The notes below the pieces were generated by a model that worked only from the letters and a program-made list of their open reading frames with translations, ran no database searches and was not told where the DNA came from. A DNA stretch of 61,753 nt, the filler included, from Nemertoderma westbladi (lineage: Eukaryota > Animalia > Xenacoelomorpha): assembly GCA_032718475.1 (NCBI GenBank). It is 2 parts of 2 records of this genome, joined end to end, with 100 filler letters (N's around TTAATTAATTAA, not from the genome) between each part and the next. Parts side by side here need not be neighbours in the genome. Positions count along the whole stretch, not along the records: positions 31,562 to 61,753 come from JAUCBJ010009112.1; 1 more part is not named here. The stretch is one strand, 5' to 3'. Position numbers and translations under genes: made by a program. Positions 47,546-60,600 of this stretch are shown piece after piece (the stretch's first letter is position 1; every line of letters begins with the position of its first letter).

Positions 47546-48638
47546 GCAAAGGTCTGTTAATATTTAATATTTGAAACATTCTTACCCATAATGCCGCACA
47601 AGTCCCTGAAATGTGTCACCCTGCGCTCCATAGCCATGGAAATTCAAATGATAAAGAAAGACACAATGAATTGATATATTTTTGGTGGTTAATTCAAATC
47701 ATTTGAATTTCCCGGGCTATCTATGGTCTTATCAGGTTGGCACCTACTGACCTATTCAGCTATATATTAATGCTGTACTGTATTCTGGTATTAGTGACTT
47801 GTATCATGCATTCATGCCTGCATGCCGTATTCTGGCATTCCGGATTCAGCATTGGACTGGTGCATATCTGCTTATTGCAATAGCAACTACTATTGCAATA
47901 ATTTATAACATTTATATATACCGGTATATAATAACTCACCTTTCAATGTCCGGCCACAAATAATCAGATACTGGTACAGAATATTCTAAATCGATAAGAG
48001 GTATCGGTGAGTCGGATATCCACTAAATGAGGAGAACCGGGGCTGTAGTACTCTGTGTCTCCCCCAGTACCTCTGGTCCAACCACAGAGGTACCAGCCAC
48101 CCGTATAGTTTGAAACCTCTTGTCTGACGTGGTCTCTGGTGTCAATTAGGTTTACAGCATTCTTGGGGCTCTGAATAAATTAACAATTTATACAATTAAT
48201 TCTTATTATATTTCTGATCTATACTTGAACACGCATCTAGAAATGTAATTTCAATGAGCATTTCTTGAATACTGCATAATACTCGGTATTATTATGATTG
48301 TACATGGTTGTTTATGAGTATGTTGAATATCAAACACAAAAATTCCATTATTTAACATTGAATGAAGAATGCATACCATGAAATAATAAAAATATATACC
48401 AGTACTGATCACATAACAATTGAGTAAGCATTTCAGTGATTGAGGCCGCAAATATGTTCAGTAAATTAGATTATGACTAAATTTAAATCATCCCAATATA
48501 CCCTCATAGGGTTAAATTCAAATATAGTAGAAAAAAGTATTTAAAAGTGTAGCGGTAGGCCTAAACTGTACCCTATTATATTCTATATGATTGGTACAAA
48601 ATATGACTGTATATTAATGTTAATGTCGCTTCGTATAC

Positions 48639-51600
48639 TCACGTAACAAAACTTATCACTAAAAACAGCAGTGTAAATGCCCTCAAGTGGAACCGCTGGG
48701 GAATTATTGCATTCCCTTCATTATGATTCAGCCCCGGAATGTTTGTATCCACTTTGATAACCCAGGCTGGCCCGGAATATTCGAAGCATGGACAACCAGT
48801 TAACCCATGAAGTCCGCCACAAATATCACACTTGCACTATATTTACCTGTAAATACGATTAAAATATGATAGTGATTCATTATCGAAACTATTACCGGAA
48901 CATGGGTAAGATTTGTATCGGTTTCAATGTAGGCATGGCCTATGTATAAAATAAAAAAAAGCAGAGAAAAATTAGATACAGTTTGACTGTGAATATCGGT
49001 ACATGATCAAGTTCAGCAACTATTAAAAAAGTACAATTAACATATAACGTACAGATGATTTTAGTTAACATAAAGGCGTGTATTAAAAACTATGGTTACA
49101 AGAGTAAATTTAAAACAATTGCAGCCTGGTTACTAAAAAGTATAGTAGACAAAAGAGTTACAATGGTGGGCTAACCAGATTAAGAGTCAAACTAAGATTG
49201 GTTACCAAAGAGGGTTGCTTACAATGCCAGATTTCCTAGTAGATAACAGTGGATTAAATAGCGTGACTGATAATAGTGTGTTACCCAGGCACTGTATGTA
49301 GGGCGTACTAATAGTGTATTAAGCATGCCTATGTTGTTTATAATAATACTTAATATTAGGTAAATAAAACTTACATTGGCTTCCACCGCGTGTAGACGTC
49401 CGGTCTGATCGAGAGCGATGCTTCCCGATTGATCGACGGGAAGTTGGACGCCAACGGTTTGTTGATCGGGTTCCGGAATGTCTACATCCATACCGATTGG
49501 TTGGTCGCCAGCGCCACCTAGTTCAAAACCTAGTACAAAAATAGTCGAGGCTGAACAACAATACTATGATAAAAATTGTAAAACACGTTCGTGGGGCCAT
49601 CGCGCAGGACGAGGCTCAGTTATCAGATACAGATTNNNNNNNNNNNNNNNNNNNNNNNNNNNNNNNNNNNNNNNNNNNNNNNNNNNNNNNNNNNNNNNNN
49701 NNNNNNNNNNNNNNNNNNNNNNNNNNNNNNNNNNNTTGATCAGCTACTCTCCTTACTTTGTGCGTACTGGTACATCTGGCGTTCCGTTGATCAGCTACTC
49801 TCCTTACTTTGTGCGTACCGGTACATCTGGCGTTCCGTTGATCAGCTACTCTCCTTACTTTGTGCGTACCGGTACATCCGGCGTTCCGTTGATCAGCTAC
49901 TCTCCTTACTTTGTGTGTACCGGTACATCTGGCGTTCTGTTGATCAGCTACTCTCCTTACTTTGTGTGTACCGGTACATCTGGCGTTCCGTTGATCAGCT
50001 ACTCTCCTTACTTTGTGTGTACCGGTACATCCGGCGTTCCATTGATCAGCTACTCTCCTTACTTTGTGTGTACCGGTACATCTGGCATTCCGTTGATCAG
50101 CTACTCTCCTTACTTTGTGTGTACCGGTACATCCGGCGTTCCGTTGATCAGCTACTCTCCTTACTTTGTGTGTAACGGTACATCTGGCGTTCCGTTGATC
50201 AGCTACTCTCCTTACTTTGTGTGTACCGGTACATCTGGCATTCCGTTGATCAGCTACTCTCCTTACTTTGTGTGTACCGGTACATCTGGCGTTCCGTTGA
50301 TCATCTACGCTCCTTACTTTGTGTGTACCGGTACATCCGGCGTTCCGTTGATCAGCTACTCTCCTTACTTTGTGTGTACCGGTACATCTGGCGTTCTGTT
50401 GATCAGCTACTCTCCTTACTTTGTGTGTACCGGTACATCCGGCGTTCCGTTGATCAGCTACTCTCCTTACTTTGTGTGTACCGGTACATCTGGCGTTCCG
50501 TTGATCAGCTACTCTCCTTACTTTGTGCGTACCGGTACATCTGGCATTCCATTGATCAGCTACTCTCCTTACTTTGTGCGTACCGGTACATCCGGCATTC
50601 TGTTGATCAGCTACTCTCCTTACTTTGTGCGTACCGGTACATCTGGCGTTCCGTTGATCAGCTACTCTCCTTACTTTGTGCGTACCGGTACATCCGGCGT
50701 TCCGTTGATCAGCTACTCTCCTTACTTTGTGTGTACCGGTGCATCTGGCGTTCTGTTGATCAGCTACTCTCCTTACTTTGTGTGTACCGGTACATCCGGC
50801 GTTCCGTTGATCAGCTACTCTCCTTACTTTGTGTGTACCGGTACATCTGGCGTTCCGTTGATCAGCTACTCTCCTTACTTTGTGCGTACCGGTACATCTG
50901 GCATTCCGTTGATCAGCTACTCTCCTTACTTTGTGCGTACCGGTACATCCGGCATTCTGTTGATCAGCTACTCTCCTTACTTTGTGCGTACCGGTACATC
51001 TGGCGTTCCGTTGATCAGCTACTCTCCTTACTTTGTGTGTACCGGTACATCCGGCGTTCCGTTGATCAGCTACTCTCCTTACTTTGTGTGTACCGGTACA
51101 TCTGGCGTTCTGTTGATCAGCTACTCTCCTTACTTTGTGTGTACCGGTACATCCGGCGTTCCGTTGATCAGCTACTCTCCTTACTTTGTGTGTACCGGTA
51201 CATCTGGCGTTCTGTTGATCAGCTACTCTCCTTACTTTGTGCGTACCGGTACATCTGGCATTCCGTTGATCAGCTACTCTCCTTACTTTGTGCGTACCGG
51301 TACATCCGGCATTCTGTTGATCAGCTACTCTCCTTACTTTGTGCGTACCGGTACATCTGGCGTTCCGTTGATCAGCTACTCTCCTTACTTTGTGTGTACC
51401 GGTACATCCGGCATTCCGTTGATCAACTACTCTCCTTACTTTGTGTGTAACGGTACATCTGGCGTTCCATTGATCAGCTACTCTCCTTACTTTGTGTGTA
51501 CTGGTACATCTGGCGTTCCGTTGATCAGCTACTCTCCTTACTTTGTGCGTACCTGTACATCTGGTGTTCCGTTGATCAGCTACTCTCCATACTTTGTGTG

Positions 51601-53519
51601 TACCGGTACATCTGGCGTTCCGTTGATCAGCTACTCTCCTTACTTTGTGTGTACCGGTACATCTGGCGTTCCGTTGATCAGCTACTCTCCTTACTTTGTG
51701 TGTACTGGTACATCTGGCGTTCCGTTGATCAGCTACTCTCCTTACTTTGTGCGTACCGGTACATCTGGCATTCCGTTGATCAGCTACTCTCCTTACTTTG
51801 TGCATACCGGTACATCTGGCGTTCCGTTGATCAGCTACTCTCCTTACTTTGTGTGTACCGGTACATCTGGCGTTCCGTTGATCAGCTACTCTCCTTACTT
51901 TGTGCGTACTGGTACATCTGGCGTTCCGTTGATCAGCTACTCTCCTTACTTTGTGCGTACCGGTACATCTGGCGTTCCGTTGATCAGCTACTCTCCTTAC
52001 TTTGTGCGTACCGGTACATCCGGCGTTCCGTTGATCAGCTACTCTCCTTACTTTGTGTGTACCGGTACATCTGGCGTTCTGTTGATCAGCTACTCTCCTT
52101 ACTTTGTGTGTACCGGTACATCTGGCGTTCCGTTGATCAGCTACTCTCCTTACTTTGTGTGTACCGGTACATCCGGCGTTCCATTGATCAGCTACTCTCC
52201 TTACTTTGTGTGTACCGGTACATCTGGCGTTCCGTTGATCAGCTACTCTCCTTACTTTGTGTGTAACGGTACATCTGGTGTTCCGTTGATCAGCTACTCT
52301 CCTTACTTTGTGTGTACCGGTACATCCGGCGTTCCGTTGATCAGCTACTCTCCTTACTTTGTGTGTAACGGTACATCTGGCGTTCTGTTGATCAGCTACT
52401 CTCCTTACTTTGTGTGTACCGGTACATCCGGCATTCCGTTGATCAGCTACTCTCCTTACTTTGTGTGTAACGGTACATCTGGCGTTCCGTTGATCAGCTA
52501 CTCTCCTTACTTTGTGTGTACCGGTACATCCGGCGTTCCGTTGATCAGCTACTCTCCTTACTTTGTGTGTAACGGTACATCTGGCGTTCCGTTGATCAGC
52601 TACTCTCCTTACTTTGTGTGTACCGGTACATCTGGCATTCCGTTGATCAGCTACTCTCCTTACTTTGTGTGTAACGGTACATCTGGCGTTCCGTTGATCA
52701 GCTACTCTCCTTACTTTGTGCGTACCGGTACATCTGGCGTTCTGTTGATCAGCTACTCTCCTTACTTTGTGTGTACCGGTACATCTGGCGTTCCGTTGAT
52801 CAGCTACTCTCCTTACTTTGTGTGTACCGGTACATCTGGCGTTCCGTTGATCAGCTACTCTCCTTACTTTGTGTGTACCGGTACATCCGGCATTCCGTTG
52901 ATCAGCTACTCTCCTTACTTTGTGTGTAACGGTACATCTGGCGTTCCGTTGATCAGCTACTCTCCTTACTTTGTGTGTACCGGTACATCCGGCGTTCTGT
53001 TGATCAGCTACTCTCCTTACTTTGTGTGTACCGGTATATCTGGCGTTCCGTTGATCAGCTACTCTCCTTACTTTGTGTGTAACGGTATATCTGGCGTTCC
53101 GTTGATCAGCTACTCTCCTTACTTTGTGTGTACCGGTACATCTGGCATTCCGTTGATCAGCTACTCTCCTTACTTTGTGTGTACCGGTACATCCGGCGTT
53201 CCGTTGATCAGCTACTCTCCTTACTTTGTGTGTAACGGTATATCTGGCGTTCCGTTGATCAGCTACTCTCCTTACTTTGTGTGTACCGGTACATCTGGCA
53301 TTCCGTTGATCAGCTACTCTCCTTACTTTGTGTGTAACGGTACATCTGGCGTTCCGTTGATCAGCTACTCTCCTTACTTTGTGTGTACCGGTACATCTGG
53401 CGTTCCGTTGATCAGCTACTCTCCTTACTTTGTGCGTACCGGTACATCTGGCGTTCCGTTGATCATCTACTCTCCTTACTTTGTGTGTACCGGTACACAT
53501 TGGAACTACATCTCGTGAA
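48639..53519 (-). CDS. Putative spliced host gene fragment: exons 53480-53519, 49375-49529, 48639-48836
   Basis: AG/GT-bounded segments with compatible phases give FTRCSSNVYRYTQ-SFELGGAGDQPIGMDVD...VEAN-CKCDICGGLHGLTGCPC...FTLLFLVISFVT*. The model crosses an assembly gap, and the acceptor of the last exon is ambiguous. Confidence 0.3.
49636..49735. other. Assembly gap (100 N)
   Basis: Run of N. Confidence 0.99.
49736..53499. repeat. 51-bp tandem array, ~74 copies (open into gap)
   Basis: Unit GTTGATCAGCTACTCTCCTTACTTTGTGTGTACCGGTACATCTGGCGTTCC, with substitution-only variants. Confidence 0.98.
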
Positions 53520-53964
53520 CTGCATCGGATAAGCAATATTAATTACTTAGTAATATGTAAAGGCTAAATGGATAGTAAGAATCCGACTAAATGTGTGTAA
53601 ATTTATTCGTTATTCTATAAAACAGTACCAACCTTGTAGTTTATTCTATGTTATATGACACATAAACTCCGCCTCACTTTAATTATTGGTACTAAAGCCA
53701 CCAGAATTGTATTATTTCAACTAATTGTGATGTTTTTGTACACAAATTGCGACTTTGTTACAAGTGTGTTACTGGTTTTTGGGAATCAACTATTCTAGAA
53801 TACAGGGTTTCTAAGAAAACAAATAATACAGTAATATTAATTCCGACCTGCACAGGAAATGCCACGTATACGTATTTTATTATATGTAAATGGCGGATGT
53901 TGGGGAGGGGGGGGGGGGGGGGGGGGTTATAGTAAGGTTATAGTTTGTGTAAGTAAGTAACCAT

Positions 53965-54230
53965 TTTAGTTACAAATTGAGGGAAAGGAGCAGCTTACAG
54001 AGACAGCATTTTTGAACCAAAACAATAAACGATGTTGTTACCAATTGAGATAAAGGAGCAGGTTACAGAGACGGCTTTTTCTAAACAAAACAATAATTAT
54101 TTATTGGGCGAAGGTTGCTCGCGGGCAAGATTGCCTGCGGGCGAAGGTTTCCGCCAGGCGATAGTTGTCATTTTGAGGGCGAAGATTGCTCCGGGCGAAG
54201 ATTGGATGCGGGCGAAGCTTACTGTACTCA
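53965..54230. repeat. Transposon-end-like remnant: 2x ~70-bp duplication plus GGGCGAAG subterminal repeats
   Basis: AAAGGAGCAG.TTACAGAGAC occurs twice, and about six GGGCGAAG-like motifs lie at 54107-54218. Confidence 0.5.
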
Positions 54231-54621
54231 CCGTACTGTTTTATAATATACTGTTTTATATTATTGTCAATTGCTGTTTATATTAAAGGATGTTATTTAT
54301 ATATGGAGAATACTGATAAATAATCGTAAAACCCCCTCAACTTCTTAATTACTGAGGTAAGCAGAAAGGTGTATCAGTAGCAATTGTGGCTCAATTTAGA
54401 GTGGTTTTTGTGTGAAATAAATGCTATTTCATAATCCCAACGTACGTGAGTTGCAATCCTCCTTATATATGATCAAATCAGTGACAGTCGGCAAAAAGTC
54501 GAATTTCCCCTGGAGAGTGATTAATTTTTATTCGTCCAGTTTCCCCCCTATCTGCTAATTTGGACCCAGTTCCAGTATCGATAATTAAAGAACATCAAAT
54601 TTTTAATGTTATCGCGCCAAT

Positions 54622-57600
54622 TGTAAAAGCCTTTGCTGAATTGCCCCGTTATTTTTATTATCTTTTACATTAAAATACTCTGTAGTTGATTTAATAAGTG
54701 TAAGAGACCGTATTATTGCTGTATCAGTGTTTTTAGAGGATCTAAGACCTATTTCCTCCGTATGTGTACTGTGAAAGGCATATTTTATGATTCTATGGCA
54801 ATTCGTGACGCAAAGGGGTGATAGCTACTCTTGAACAGTAGTTACTATGACTACGGTTAACAGCTGACATTCATACGTGTTGATTTCCTTTGTTCTACGG
54901 CGTCTCTCAGTTCAGTCAGCCAATTAGAGCGTTTTTGTGGCTCCTTGTACAGAAAATTTCCGAGAAATGACGCAATGCCTATGTGCAGTGTTTACATTCA
55001 GTCCTGAGCCAAAGAAAGAACGGCTTGGAAGTATTTTGTGCTTTACTGTTTTTAGTCTTACACTAGTAGGTTTAATTATAAAGGGCATATATCCTTTAAC
55101 TCATGGACTACTGCTAACTGATCATACATACTGACTGCTGAAACATTGCAAACTCATAACAATCAGTGTTCAGTTGTTGTTTTATACTGCTATTTACTGT
55201 CAGTTCTTCATAATATGGTTGATGAATTATTATATTTGGAATAACGATAAATAACCCCGAAACCCAATATTCTTGATGTACCGAAGGTAAGAGAGAAGGG
55301 TTACCAATAACGATTGTGACTTATGTTAAAGTGGTTTGAAGTGAATCCAATGTTATTTGATAGACCCTACATGAGTCAGCCTGTGTTCCTTTTATATGTG
55401 ACTAAAATCAGTGAAGATTGGCAGATTAGTGTGCAGTATTGTGCAGCATTGTGTATGAGTGAGTCTGTTAAAGAAGCAATTCCTAAAGAATGCGCCATAT
55501 ATGTGAATTATAATTAAGCCATATCGTTGTGAGTAGTTTAAGTCATAACTCTGTTTATATAGATAAAGCGCCACGTCCTAAAGGAACTGTTAATATTACC
55601 GAAGGTGAATAATATTGTCAGAGATTATATAATACTGTCAGTCGAATAATACATTAGGCTTACATAGCAATAAAATTAAACCGTCGAACCCAATCTCCCG
55701 GGAATATCCAGCGGGTGAATGGTCGCGCACGGATTGGTTTCGACTAGTGTAGTGAATCAAATACTTGTCATAGACTAAAAACTGATTTAATATCTAGAAG
55801 ACATCTTAATTTGGTGGGTTAAACTGCCAAAGGTCTGAAAGCGCGAACATTAAAGGATATAGCTTCTTTATTGCAGTAAGCAATAAAGTCGAAAGTACCG
55901 GTCGACCGGTAACCAGTAGGCCTGACTGCCTGATCATCCGGACCGGTACCTACAGCAGTATTATTCGATTTTGATTATTATATACCAGTAGGCCTTAATA
56001 ATTAATCAGGGACTGCAGCCCTGGTTTTTTATTGAGATTTTTACTTATTTCTGTCAAGTTTTATTTGTTTGTAGGCCAGTATTGAACAGAAGGCGTGTAA
56101 ACCTGATCAGATTGTACAGACAATTTGTAGGCTGAGCTGTTGTCTGATTGCTGTTAAGTCTGAACGGATTACAGTGTGTGTAGAGCACTTGTCCGATTAA
56201 GTACGGTTAGGAAGTAGGGGCAGCCAATGCGGTAAGGTAAACCCCCAACTAAAGAATAAGTCGCACTACTGGGTTAGAGCGCATACTCCCTAATCATTTC
56301 GGAGTCTGCATGTCCTGTGGTTTATTTAGGCTTGAGAGTAGTCTGCCATCGTTTAGTCTGTACTTTGTTTGTGTAAGTCTGTACGGGTAGCGTATAATTT
56401 TATTTAAATAATTTGTAGGCTGGATAGTTGTCTGGCTGTTATTAAGTCTGAACGGATTGCCGCGTGTGTAGATCATCTGTCCGATTAAGTACGATTAGGC
56501 AGTAGGGGCAGCGAACGCTGTAAGGTAAACCCCCAACTAAAGAATAAGTCGCACTACTGGGTTAGAGCGCATACTCCCTAATCATTTCGGAGTCTGCATA
56601 TACCGTGGTTTGTTTAGGCTTGATGGTAGTCTGTCAGTGTTCGGTCTGTATTTTGTTTGAGTAGTTTGTACGCGTAGCGTAATATTTATTATTCAGAGTT
56701 TATGCGATTATCCGCAACATTCATTCCCCAAGTTTGTTCCTACAGTAATTGTGTTTGTTATACATACCGCTATAGTTAAATTAACCCAGGTACTACACGG
56801 GCTGCTCGGCGTAGGTAAAGACTGGTGATTTTGTGCATCGGTCACTCCAGCAGATGCCGTGGTTCTTTTAGCTGTTCAAGTATATTTAACTACTGATTAT
56901 TTGTTGTATAAGTACTCGTACCTAATTTAGGGTTTAGTGTACAGTACTTTCCGAAGTAATTATTGTAGGCATTATATTTGTGTTGTAAAGTGGTTGATAG
57001 GCACATTCGATTAGCTCTATTAACTTCTAGGTAGGAACACTCCGTGATACATAACGTAGAACCTATAGCGATACAGCTATAGGTCGTCAGGCGGTGGTAT
57101 TTTCCTATCTAGACAACGCAGTGTATTTACTACTACTTATTATTTCAAATACCGTAGTACCCTGTCCGTTGTAATAACCAGATTTCTAACCCTTTGTTAG
57201 GCTGGTTAGTAGACTTCTTGTAAAATTACCCTAAAAAATTCGTATTTTGTGTTTTTTGTAAATTTTTGTGTTTATTTAGAGATTGTAATCTCACCCGAAT
57301 TGTACGTAATTAGTAGTATTAAGTAACTTAGGTAAATTAGTATTATTTGTTTTAGTGTCTCATAAGTAACACTTCATTGAAAGCGCACCGCTTTGTGTAG
57401 TGATTACCCCCAGAAATAATAACATTTATTTCAAACATTGACAAAACCCATTAAAACGGGTATATATATATTATAAATCAAATCTAACGATTTATAAATA
57501 GTAGGCCTACCATACAACCATTAGGTCCCAATATCAGTTGGATTACTGCTCAAATAACGGTAATAAAGTAAGTAAAGTAACAAAGTAACCCTAAAGTAAC

Positions 57601-60600
57601 AGAAATTCAATTATTTGAAATAATTGATATACCGGTATTTACGATAGGCCTATTATCTTTATTTCTATAAATCTAGGCTGAAATTATACCGGTACTTGTA
57701 ATTAATTCTATTTCAGAATTATATATCCTACAAACTGTAAGCTGTATACCGGTATTCCGATAGGCCTATTATATATTTATATATATTTGTGCTAAAATTA
57801 TACCGGTATTCTGTGATAAACCTAGTCTGTAATAATACTTATATAGTTATATATACTATAAGTATACCGGTATTCTAATATATTATATATATATCACGCT
57901 ACACTGAGTAGCAGTAACGGTAATTAATTACTAGGCTAGCAGTTCATACTGAGTTACTAGACTTGCTTAGACTGTAATACAGCAGTAGACATTCAACGGT
58001 ATACATAGTCATGTCTGATACTAAGCAGAACCTGTCAGACAGTTTATTAGATGTAACTATCTGCGACTCAGATAGAGACGTACAACCGTCTGGTCGTAAA
58101 TCCAGTTCACCTCCCACTGTGAGGAAGGTCATCCCTCCAGTAGTAATAACAGAACCTAGGCTGGTCCAACATCGTAGGTCTATCATAGGCACTCGAGCTC
58201 AGGTCAAGCGGGACCAAAAGGCAGCGGAACAGCAACAACCCGCTAGTCAAGAACTTATTCCTCAGCGGCCCAGCAGCTCCAGTAGTGAGGATACTGTAGA
58301 GCTGACACCCGAGCGCGGAGCAGAGATGACGGATGCGGTTTATACGGATCCCCTTCTCATCCTTCCTGCAGCCGTGCTCGCTGAGTTATTGATCGCGGTG
58401 GAAGAACACCAGATCGATTGGGCGAGAAGTCAACGGTCAACTAGAGATAGCTACGCGGGATACACGAGTGAAGAACTGAAGTCTATTGTCGAGTCGCAAT
58501 GGAACTTCCCCGGACCCGGACTCCCGTTTGATTTATCAGAAGCTGCCTGGGAAGACATACACCGGATGGGAGTAGCCAAGGAAACCATCGATCCAGCTGT
58601 ATGGAAGAGGTCCGCAGCCGGATACGCACAGGGATTCTTCAGCTCTATGGAGCGAGTAGAGAGACAACTGTTTCAACAACCTCAAGGACCTCAAGAGCAG
58701 GGATCGCTGCTTTATCAAGTTAGAGAAAGGGTTTTGCGGATTAGGCTAATCTTATCCGCCTTTGAGGAGGCTTCTAAAAGAAGACAAGACACGTCGTTGC
58801 AAGTCGCCGTAAAGACTTGGTTTCAAAGGGTGAATCTCCAGGTTCAAGGAACAGCTCAGTGGAAAGCTCAGCTGGAGGAGCGATCAACCCATGGAGAATC
58901 AACAGACGCCATTTTTTCCCAAGTGGAAAGTGAAGCGACGGCAGAGAAACCACATAAGAGAGATGCCATTGACATCTATCTGTCAGACTATCAGCGTTTT
59001 TTAGGTGATGACGAGTTGAGGAGAAGGTTAGATGGACTTAGCCCTAATAGCGAAGGAACCAAGCTTGTGTTGGATGCCATCGATGTGGAAATGAGGGCTG
59101 CGAATCAGGCTAAATTTGATGAACAACTCCGCCTGACACGAGTCCAAGAAGAACAAGTAAAGAAAAAACGTATAGAAGACAGAAAGGCAGCGGCAGTAGC
59201 AGCAGCAGTGGCAGCTGCAGAAGCAGAAAGAAAAGCGGCAGCGGCAGAGGCAGCGGCAGAGGCAAAAGCGGCGGAGGCAGTGGCAGAAGCAAAAGCGACA
59301 GTAGCAGCGGCAGTGGCAGCTGCAGAAGCAGAAAGAAAAGTGGCAGCAGCAGAGGCAGCGGCAGAGGCAAAAGCGGCGGAGGCAGTGGCAGAAGCAGAAC
59401 GGAGGGCATCTGAAGAGACAACCCAACTAGAGTTGGAAAATCTTCAAGAGAGGCAAGATAACTTTAATAAACAGTTAACAGCTAGTAATATGCAGATGAT
59501 GAATCGATCTACTCCCAAACGACAAGGTTATACATCATCTGAGGAAGGCGATACCACCGATACTGAAGGCAAAGGAAATAGATCTCGTCTAAGCAGACGT
59601 AAAAGAACATTCCACCGTCAGAAATTGCCTGATTTGCCTCCAGCTGTTAGAAGGCAACTAAGTAACACCAACTTAGGTAGTACAGAGCCCACAGACCAAA
59701 TAATTAAAATAGAAAGACTCCCTACTATAGTAGATGAGCCTGAAATAATTAGGCCTGTTCTTGAAATCACCCCTTCGGTGATAGACACACCTGTGCTCCC
59801 TGAAACTACCTCTAAATTCCCTCTGCATAGCACTAAGCTACCTGTGCCCCGCAGAACTGCCCAGGAGACAGTTCAGGTCCTGGACCCCGAGCGAAATATC
59901 CACAATTTGTCGCCCGTTGTCCCTCGTCCGCCCGCTACAACGTTGGCGACTCCCGCTTCGGCGGTCGAATGGGTGGACGAGAGACGGCGGGGGATGGATA
60001 TCCTGCTCGGACAGATGCAGGAGACTGTCCAGCAGTTCAAGGGCACAGTAAGGGAAAGTAGGCTAGAGTTGCAAGAAGTGCAGCAAAGTATCGCGCTAGA
60101 GCGCGATAAATTAGTAAACACACAAAGAGGTATACCACCACCCTCAGTAACAATGTGTCAACCTGTTAGGTCTGAAGTATCTCATGCGCAAGGTGTGGAG
60201 CCTACACGCATTTATACTGCTAGCGAAGTAGAAACTCCTATAGTGAACCCTATTAAGGGTAATTATAGACCTGTTGATAATGATATTCCCTATAGAACTG
60301 ATCATAATCCGAGAAATTTATATACCGATAACTCGATATTAAATAGCACGATGGCCCAAGAAAGTTTTACGCGTCAAATGGCTAGAACCGAAGCCCGACA
60401 AGCGGTAAAGGTTGGAGAGATCGTCAAGTTTAATGGAGATGAGATGAAATGGTTACCTTTTAATGAATATTACAAAGATAACATACAGAACTCTGTACTA
60501 TCTAATGGAGAAAAACTTAGATACCTCATCGAGTGCTTGGAAGGATCTCCCAAGTTAATGGCGTTAAAGTTTATTGGACATCCAGACGGATTAAGACAAG

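Noticed and set aside
49478-53536. 1346-aa and 1306-aa repeat ORFs on opposite strands
   Set aside because: They result from a stop-free 51-bp unit open in several frames at once, and both run through a 100-N gap.
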